Shown here piece after piece: positions 57,783-64,000 of a DNA stretch of 64,000 bases. Numbering within the stretch: the first letter of the stretch is position 1; every line of letters starts with the position of its first letter. The notes under the pieces are model-generated. The model had not been told where the DNA came from, searched no databases, and saw nothing but the letters and a program-made list of their open reading frames with translations. A program made the position numbers and the translations under genes. Source of the DNA: a virus. The stretch is taken from IMG/VR virus record IMGVR_UViG_3300024259_000012; one strand, given 5' to 3'.

Positions 57783-58644
57783 AAAGCACATCCAATAACT
57801 TTTTGTAAAATGCCAATGGGTTGGCAGTTGTTGCTAAGCCAGATACCTCTCCGGCTCCTGTCTCTAATATAAACGGTTTTTTGTCTCCTGCAAGTGCAAA
57901 ATCAATTGTCATGAATGTTGAGTCAAGTTCATTTGCGATGCGTAATAAAATATTTGGAACAATCGGGTCAAAGTGAACACCCTCTTCATTGTTCGCATCA
58001 ATGGAAATTATTTGACCATTGAGAATGAACGCACGAAATTCCTGCTTGATACCATCTATTTCATTTATAGGGATGTATTCCTTTGAAACGATGCCTTTAT
58101 TGAAGCCGTACATTTTCCGACTTTCAATCATATTTTCAATTGTACGTCTTGCCGCCTTGGCATCCATTGGTTTTTTCACATGCATGGCGTTTTCAACACC
58201 CTTTGCAGACTTGACCCAATCCTTGACAATATACGGCTTGTAATCAAGATGTATTGCTATGGACTGCGTGTGAAATTCCTCTCCAACAATTATGTCAGTG
58301 TTTGGGGAATATTGGTGCAGGGTGTCGGAATATTTGTATGCGTATGGAAAATAATGCACAGTTACATATTGGTCAGTTCGTTGCAACGTCGTAAATCCAA
58401 CCCCTCTAAGACCATTTTCAAATCTATTGTATTGCTCTTCGGTCAGCATCCAACCCCGATACAAAATTGTAGTAGCCTGTGCTCTAACCCTGAAAGGATT
58501 TACCCACTCTTCGTCGTTTAGCAGTGCATCATAATCAAATAATATAACCGCTTCACCGAGCAATTGTAGGGCTTCCCACTCAGCGTGGAAATCGTAATCC
58601 GGCTGTCGCTTGTTTATCGGGTTCCATGGCATTGCAAAAATCAT
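57769..58644 (-). CDS. R2K-clade ATP-grasp ligase
   Basis: YRGWML, IVKDWVKS.K, EFRAFIL, TIDFA, ILE.G.GEVSGL; ends at TGA (57742 if read through). Confidence 0.8.
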   Translation of the reverse strand: MIFAMPWNPINKRQPDYDFHAEWEALQLLGEAVILFDYDALLNDEEWVNPFRVRAQATTILYRGWMLTEEQYNRFENGLRGVGFTTLQRTDQYVTVHYFPYAYKYSDTLHQYSPNTDIIVGEEFHTQSIAIHLDYKPYIVKDWVKSAKGVENAMHVKKPMDAKAARRTIENMIESRKMYGFNKGIVSKEYIPINEIDGIKQEFRAFILNGQIISIDANNEEGVHFDPIVPNILLRIANELDSTFMTIDFALAGDKKPFILETGAGEVSGLATTANPLAFYKKLLDVLYDNK

Positions 58645-58648
58645 AATG

Positions 58649-58868
58649 TTACCAATCTATTTTATTTGATTGTATTGAGGCAATTCCCCATATACATGTG
58701 ACTGCGATATCTTCCAATTCCGCAATAATTTTCTCATGGTCATTTGCATGAATTTCATCTTTGAATTCACGAACTTCCTCATCTAAAACTCCCGAGATTT
58801 CATGAATGGTCTACAGCTACAATCGCATATTCTCGGATTGTTATTTCCTCGTGTTTACATTCACCCAT
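58649..58868 (-). pseudogene. out-of-frame chimera: unrelated N-terminus joined to a MazG-like C-terminal half
   Basis: MGECKHEEITIREY... lies in one frame; HEISGVLDEEVREFKDEI...ELEDIAV...IDW-TAA lies in another, blocked upstream by TAGs. Confidence 0.55.
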
Positions 58869-59110
58869 TATCTGCTCCCGTCCTTAAATGCTTCTTTTGT
58901 CTTGTCTGAAAATTTCTTGATGTCTTCCATTTCCATGTCAAATTTACGCCAAACGTATTGTTCTATGGCCCCGTACAAATCTGCCAATTCACATAATTGA
59001 AGTACCAAATCGTCCTGCTCCCAAGCATCTTCAAGCTCAACAAACTCTTCCTTGATTTTTGAAAAGTGTCCGTACTTGCCTCTTGGTATGTCTTTCTTGT
59101 GGTAGCCCAT
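58868..59110 (-). CDS. MazG-like NTP pyrophosphatase
   Basis: KIKEEFVELEDA...ELADL. Confidence 0.75.
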   Translation of the reverse strand: MGYHKKDIPRGKYGHFSKIKEEFVELEDAWEQDDLVLQLCELADLYGAIEQYVWRKFDMEMEDIKKFSDKTKEAFKDGSR

Positions 59111-59670
59111 TATTTATCCCGTTTTGTGTTTTTGTTCATTATAACCCTTGACAGCCTTGGCTCCGCACATCCCGTGCCGTAAATCCAAGTCAAAAATTCT
59201 GATTGTCGGATTCCATAGCTCCCAAGTTCATAGCCATTGTATTTGATATCATACCCATCAGCGGTTACGAATCTCTCAAATTTGTTTGGCGTCTTGAGGT
59301 ATTTCGCAAAGAAATCTTCTGCCGCAATCAACACTTGCATAAGTGCATCCCGAGACACATCATCGGTTTTTATCAATTCATTTTTTAAGAAATATTTACC
59401 ATGCATGGCGTCTCGTGGGTCTCTCCTAAAACATGGGGTGACCGTTTGAAATTGCCCAAGTGGAAGAAAGCCCTTGAGATACAATTCAAGAAATGACTGT
59501 TCACCCGATGCAACTAAATTTTTTCCGGTTGATACTTGGTATGGCAAAGTGTGTTCTGGCCTCGTGATACTATCTATGTATTCAGAGACCGTCCACGGGG
59601 CTTCTATGCGCTTAAAACCGCATTCCTCGTAGTATGTTATGGACTCTGCTATGTATTTATAATTTATCAT
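59110..59670 (-). CDS. minimal class II aminoacyl-tRNA synthetase-like protein (SerRS-like catalytic core only)
   Basis: Motif 1 GF..IEAP, ASGEQ, motif 2 PCFR....F.K.E, ELGS, motif 3 GTG.A..R. Confidence 0.75.
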   Translation of the reverse strand: MINYKYIAESITYYEECGFKRIEAPWTVSEYIDSITRPEHTLPYQVSTGKNLVASGEQSFLELYLKGFLPLGQFQTVTPCFRRDPRDAMHGKYFLKNELIKTDDVSRDALMQVLIAAEDFFAKYLKTPNKFERFVTADGYDIKYNGYELGSYGIRQSEFLTWIYGTGCAEPRLSRVIMNKNTKRDK

Positions 59671-59675
59671 GCTGT

Positions 59676-59704
59676 ATAATACAAAAAAATCCCTGCAGAT
59701 GCAA
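59676..59704 (-). promoter_or_regulatory. sigma70-like promoter TTGCAT-N17-TATTAT, likely leaderless
   Basis: 17-nt spacer; ATG only 5 nt after the -10; no SD. Confidence 0.7.
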
Positions 59705-59738
59705 GGATTATTTTATTAGGTTGTGTTGTGTGATGTTA

Positions 59739-60152
59739 TTAAATGTTGTTCTCCCATTCAATCGTATTGATGATAGTGTGAATCTTGGTGTGAATGTGCT
59801 TGAATCCATCTTTGGTGGTGAGCAACAAACTGTTCTGAAATTCACTTCAATCAATCGGAAATGACTTGTCCAAGACGCCATTGTTTTTTCTCCGTATAAC
59901 TTCGTTTAGGCTATTGATGGTGTATAGCGTGTTGGTCTGCTTTTTCCTGTGCAACGATATTGTGTCGCTATTGGTTATGAAATCATCACCTGCAAATTCA
60001 ACATTGTATGTGCATACCAACTGAGTAGGTTCGGCCACATTATAGAATACATATATTTTATTAAATACAATATTATGATATCCAACTATTACATCAATCG
60101 TATCATTCAATTGTTCTACTTTAGAAAACGTCGCCAACAAACTTGTACGCAT
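59739..60152 (-). CDS. conserved large-phage hypothetical protein, one TGA=Trp
   Basis: TISLHRKKQTNTLYTINSLN...FPID(TGA 59847)SEFQNSLLLT. Confidence 0.8.
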
Positions 60153-60631
60153 TAGTCAGTTACCTCTATATCATCTACTGATACCCATTCAGAACCAGGC
60201 TTCTCTTCTTTAAGAATGCCGGTTGAAGTTTCTGAATCATCCGAGCCTGTGATTTGATAATCAGGAAACGGGCTATCGGCAACAACAAAAGTGGAACCTG
60301 TGATTTGGATTTCCGTTCCATCAATTAGTGCATCAGATTCTACAAGACCCGCTTCACCCAATTCTATGGATTCTTCAAGCGTAGTTCCAATTCCAACAAA
60401 AAGGTTTTCACCAAGAATTGGTATTGGTGGTGTGGCAGGAATCGGTTCCACACGGTCACCCTTCAAATTTGTAATAAATTCATTTATCGCTTGAACCGGC
60501 CATTCAAATTCAACCAATACTTCTCGCAATAACATTTGATGTCCGAAATTTTTTGGGTCGGGCTTTCCATCAGATACTTTAAACGCTCACTCTGTTAATA
60601 TGTTCTCCAACATTCCTTCATAATCAGTCAT
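60152..60631 (-). CDS. acidic hypothetical protein, TGA=Trp at codon 15
   Basis: AAGGAG SD; ILTE(TGA 60587)AFKVSDGKPDPKN in frame with the track ORF. Confidence 0.75.
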
Positions 60632-60652
60632 AACTTTCTCCTTTGTATATAA

Positions 60653-61954
60653 CTATTGAGTAAAATAATTATCAATGTTTTTCATGTCACCGTAATTTTT
60701 ACCCATCTTAGCACTCACCCGCTTGTTTCCGAACTCCAATATTCTCTTGATTTCAAACAATGTTTCAGACCCATCATCGGGGTGAAAATCAAATAACATT
60801 GAATCATACAGATACAATATAAATTTGGTTTGCCTTGGTCTCAAGAAGGAATTCAGTTCAGCAAAGGTGTCTTGCATTTCTTCAAATTCTATCAATTGAA
60901 GCAGGTAATTAAATAATTTCTGTGAATTCATTTTGTCAAGGTTTCGTGACAGTATCCGCTTTTTAGTAATCGGAGATTCAATATAACCTTGAGCCTTGTA
61001 CGTGCTCCATAGCTTTCGTATATACATATTAACTTTTTTAAAAAAGTCTATTTTTTCAAACTCTTCATCAATTCCACCGTATAACAACCTAAATGAAATC
61101 ACCTTTGAATCGGTGTACTGCTCGGGCGTTAATTCGTCTACATCAAAATACAGCTTCCCAAGATATTTATGTGGGTTGACACCTTCGGGGAATGCGTGTC
61201 CAACCAACTCAGAAATAATCATCAAGTGATTTGCGGTGTAATCAAAATCCACAAGATATCCACTCTCATGTCTTGAAATATATTTGTTGCGGGTTTCGTC
61301 CTTTTTGTTCATTGCTGAGAAGTTGACCCCACCATATCTATTTGATGCACGACCGGTTGCCGTGAACATATTGTAGTTTGTATATGTCAGTCCTGTTGCG
61401 GTCTGCAATCCTTGCGTTTCAAGCTCCCACAAATTTTCAACTATCGTATCGTTATAAATCTCCATATAATATTTATCATCAATAAACCGCTCAAGCTCGG
61501 TCACCAATTTGCGGCAATATTCCAAGTGCTTTGTTAGTGGAATAATGCTGTTCACATTGGCAACATTATAATATTTGACGTGGAAAAATTGATGTGCGGT
61601 TGTGGAGATGTGGTCTATTTCAAGTGCTTTGTTTGTTCTCATATAATGCATCAGATTGACATCAACCAACCCATTAAGTGCAAGGGTGTGTAGCATGAAT
61701 TTTTTGTCAAATACATACTTGCGATTATCAACATTTAATTGTGTCATGTAACTCGGTGGAAGGTTCAATGATTCGCTGTGCTTGAATGGTAAAATGTAGT
61801 CCGACTCGCACCCTATCAGTTTTACATACAATGCACAGATTGAGTTTTCAAGCGGGTGCAATTTGGTGTCGGACAAAATGGGTATAAGAATCCAGTCATG
61901 CTTTGCGGCACGTTCTATGAATTTATCAAATTGTGTGAGGGTTTCAACAATCAT
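60653..61954 (-). CDS. compact family A DNA polymerase-like protein
   Basis: TATGRAS, motif A DFDY..NH, motif B SK..SF.LLYG, NYLLQ, motif C LYDS. Confidence 0.8.
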   Translation of the reverse strand: MIVETLTQFDKFIERAAKHDWILIPILSDTKLHPLENSICALYVKLIGCESDYILPFKHSESLNLPPSYMTQLNVDNRKYVFDKKFMLHTLALNGLVDVNLMHYMRTNKALEIDHISTTAHQFFHVKYYNVANVNSIIPLTKHLEYCRKLVTELERFIDDKYYMEIYNDTIVENLWELETQGLQTATGLTYTNYNMFTATGRASNRYGGVNFSAMNKKDETRNKYISRHESGYLVDFDYTANHLMIISELVGHAFPEGVNPHKYLGKLYFDVDELTPEQYTDSKVISFRLLYGGIDEEFEKIDFFKKVNMYIRKLWSTYKAQGYIESPITKKRILSRNLDKMNSQKLFNYLLQLIEFEEMQDTFAELNSFLRPRQTKFILYLYDSMLFDFHPDDGSETLFEIKRILEFGNKRVSAKMGKNYGDMKNIDNYFTQ

Positions 61955-61989
61955 CCCAATATAACCTTTTTAGTAAATATACTACATTT

Positions 61990-62574
61990 TTATAGCAGAT
62001 GCAACCTTTTTAATGTTTCTTCTTTTGGTGTTAATTCGTGTTGCCAATATTTCAAAATATCCAAATTGAACCTCTCCGAATCAAAATACTCCTGCACCTC
62101 TTGAAGTGCAATATAGTTGTTCTTGGAAACTACACTTTTTTCACCAACAATCAACCATTTTATTTTCAATTTTGAATAAAATGTCAATGGGGTGGAATAT
62201 GCGCTATCCTTGATTTCAATTATCGGGGCGAGTTTATTATTGGCCTGTCTAACAAAATACCTATACATGAATCCACCCTTCCTATTTTTCTTAGTAACCT
62301 TTGGCTCATATGGTGTGGCAAATTTAGTTGGTGTTAACGTATTGGACGATGATGCTTTATATCGTGTGAATGCGCTTCGGGACTTCATATTGTATATCCT
62401 GCGTGGAATAATACTATCGGTTATGTAAAACTCTTCCATATCAGATGTGTAATATATGGTGTATGCAGTGTCCGGCTTGACCCACGAAACCGTAGTATAT
62501 CTGAATTCATTCTCACCGGCGATTCCCGCTATTTTGCGAGTAGCACTGTCCATTATTTCTTGTAAGGTTTTCAT
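61990..62574 (-). CDS. hypothetical protein, probably structural or baseplate-associated
   Basis: P.VT......G...RYFV...N...IIEI; position downstream of the hub-like gene. Confidence 0.55.
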   Translation of the reverse strand: MKTLQEIMDSATRKIAGIAGENEFRYTTVSWVKPDTAYTIYYTSDMEEFYITDSIIPRRIYNMKSRSAFTRYKASSSNTLTPTKFATPYEPKVTKKNRKGGFMYRYFVRQANNKLAPIIEIKDSAYSTPLTFYSKLKIKWLIVGEKSVVSKNNYIALQEVQEYFDSERFNLDILKYWQHELTPKEETLKRLHLL

Positions 62575-63999
62575 TTAACCCTCCTGTGGCAATATTGCAT
62601 CGCCCCATGGATTTCCCTGCTCTTCAGGTGCGGGTGGCCCCGTCTCACCGTCTGCCGGTTCAACATTCTGTGCAGGTTGCGCAAGTGGTGGACCCGCTGG
62701 ACGTTGTGGCGGTGGGGTGTTTGGGTTCAGCTTGGACATATCAACTCTGATTTGACCACTAATTGTAGTTTTCCAACCGGAGCTATCAATTTCATGGGTA
62801 GCCGACGTTATTTGAAATAGTGTTTTTTCCTTGTATGATTTTGGGACATAATCGCTTCCAAAACAATTTCCAGGATATACTCCGCTTATACCATCCAATG
62901 TCAATTCCAAACTAAGTGGAATCAGTGGTGCCGAATCATACATGACCGAATCTTTGGGGTCACCATTGATTAAATACTTCATTGTATCCAAGTATTTATA
63001 GTCCGCCGTATTGAGCATTGTTCCATCCTCGTTATATGTTACATTTTTTAATTTTTTTGCAGATTTCCAAGCATACAGATTTTCTGCGGTCAATGTGATT
63101 TTCTTGCTTTCTTCCGTAACTTCAGTCACTGCTTCTTTAGTACCAGATGTTACTGCCTCCTCCGGTGGGTTCAACTTAGCCAAAAGTTCCGAATCGTGTG
63201 GTGGTAAGAAAAATCCATTATCGGTTTTTAGCGGCACATTTGCCGAACCAACCTTACTTCCAAATCGTATAAATTTATATGCGGGCTTCAGGTCTGCCAA
63301 TATTTTATCCTTTGAACGCTTGCTCATTCCTCCCAAAGCAATTCCTTGTATTCCACCTGCTTTACCCAAGTCCGGAGTACCACTATTGCCGGAGTACATC
63401 GACGCCACCGCCATGGAGCTTGGGAGCTTGCCTGATAATTGCTGGGACAATACAATACTACCCTTTCCCCACGTAGGAAACATGAATAGTGCGCCGGTTG
63501 CATCTTCTCAGTTTGAGGATATTGCGCTTTCATTTTCAAGTAAGGTTGTAATTGAAATTGGGGTCAAGGCCATATCAATCACCTTAAGCCGTGACTCATC
63601 ATCCGGCGCAGAAATCACCGACAAGTCCCATAATCCAACTTCCGTATTCATTTTCGTAAATAGAGATTTCAAAACCGATGACATATCATTGGCACCCTTG
63701 AAAATGTTGTCCATTAAATATTGCCAATTGAATAAAATGTTCCTAACATATCCATGTGTGCGAGCACTATTATGTGACGGCACTTCAGCACTTGCATCAA
63801 AAAATGCAGTTTTCGGTAAATTTAATATTGGGTGTTCCAACACATCCCGAGTACTTTTAAGATGCTGACCTGGCAATATGAAAAATTTATAATTTGGTGC
63901 CATCAATTGGGCGTGATTTGAAATGGTGGATGACCGATATGCAGTTTGTGATTCATCAATTTTATGTTTCTTCAACTCATCTTTTTCCCACGGTGGCAT
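62575..63999 (-). CDS. 3' part of a large baseplate-hub-like structural gene, one TGA=Trp
   Basis: Track ORFs 63508-63999 and 62575-63483 are in frame across TGA 63508; LELTLDGISG..PG...FQIT...HEID..GWKTTI.G. Confidence 0.6.
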
Positions 64000-64000
64000 T

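Noticed and set aside
51660-59724. Shared 16-mer ACAACCTAATAAAATA at 51660-51675 (+) and 59709-59724 (-)
   Set aside because: A single AT-rich 16-mer match within 64 kb can arise by chance; there are only two copies.
3730-63510. Treating TGA-interrupted genes as pseudogenes or G-to-A sequencing errors
   Set aside because: They include SSB and RecA, only TGA interrupts (never TAG from TGG), flanking contexts share no motif, and the genes show no other decay.
1293-63868. Plus-strand ORFs in the track (e.g. 13361-14038, 31341-31952, 42325-42915, 63011-63868)
   Set aside because: All are antisense shadows of motif-bearing minus-strand genes, with no recognisable motifs of their own.
1-64000. 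Suppressor tRNA-Trp(UCA) or release factor gene
   Set aside because: No cloverleaf in the few gaps over 70 nt and no GGQ-type release factor ORF; if present, they lie outside this window.

Overview
A gene-dense segment of a large lytic dsDNA phage with a T4-like replication set. Essentially all real genes lie on the minus strand. The main result is that the supplied code-11 ORF track mis-splits many genes: 27 in-frame TGA codons interrupt otherwise intact genes (RecA, SSB, 5'-3' exonuclease, glycosyltransferases, homing endonucleases, a baseplate-like gene), many at recognisable Trp positions. The phage therefore reads UGA as Trp (genetic code 4), but uses it sparsely and, in enzyme genes, mostly near the 5' end. 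Layout: (i) 1-5.5 kb, small accessory genes including likely anti-defence factors (NADAR/AdfN-like, Apyc1-like); (ii) 5.5-35.6 kb, a large glycan synthesis and modification cluster (about 9 glycosyltransferases, Ugd, FnlA/FnlB-like, acyltransferase, deacetylase, aminotransferase, radical SAM, APS kinase, HxGH nucleotidyltransferase, sulfotransferase) interrupted by homing-endonuclease cassettes; (iii) 35.8-53.7 kb, replication and recombination genes (PD-(D/E)xK nuclease, ClpP, clamp loader, PolB, NrdJ, DnaB, DinG, FEN, RecA, SSB); (iv) 53.8-59.7 kb, accessory and conflict genes (PNKP, HD hydrolase, R2K ATP-grasp, MazG-like, minimal class II aaRS-like); (v) 59.7-64 kb, a PolA-like gene and probable baseplate genes. 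I saw no tRNA, rRNA, CRISPR array, intein or intron. All family assignments come from recalled motifs, not database searches. CDS coordinates are re-called with TGA=Trp.
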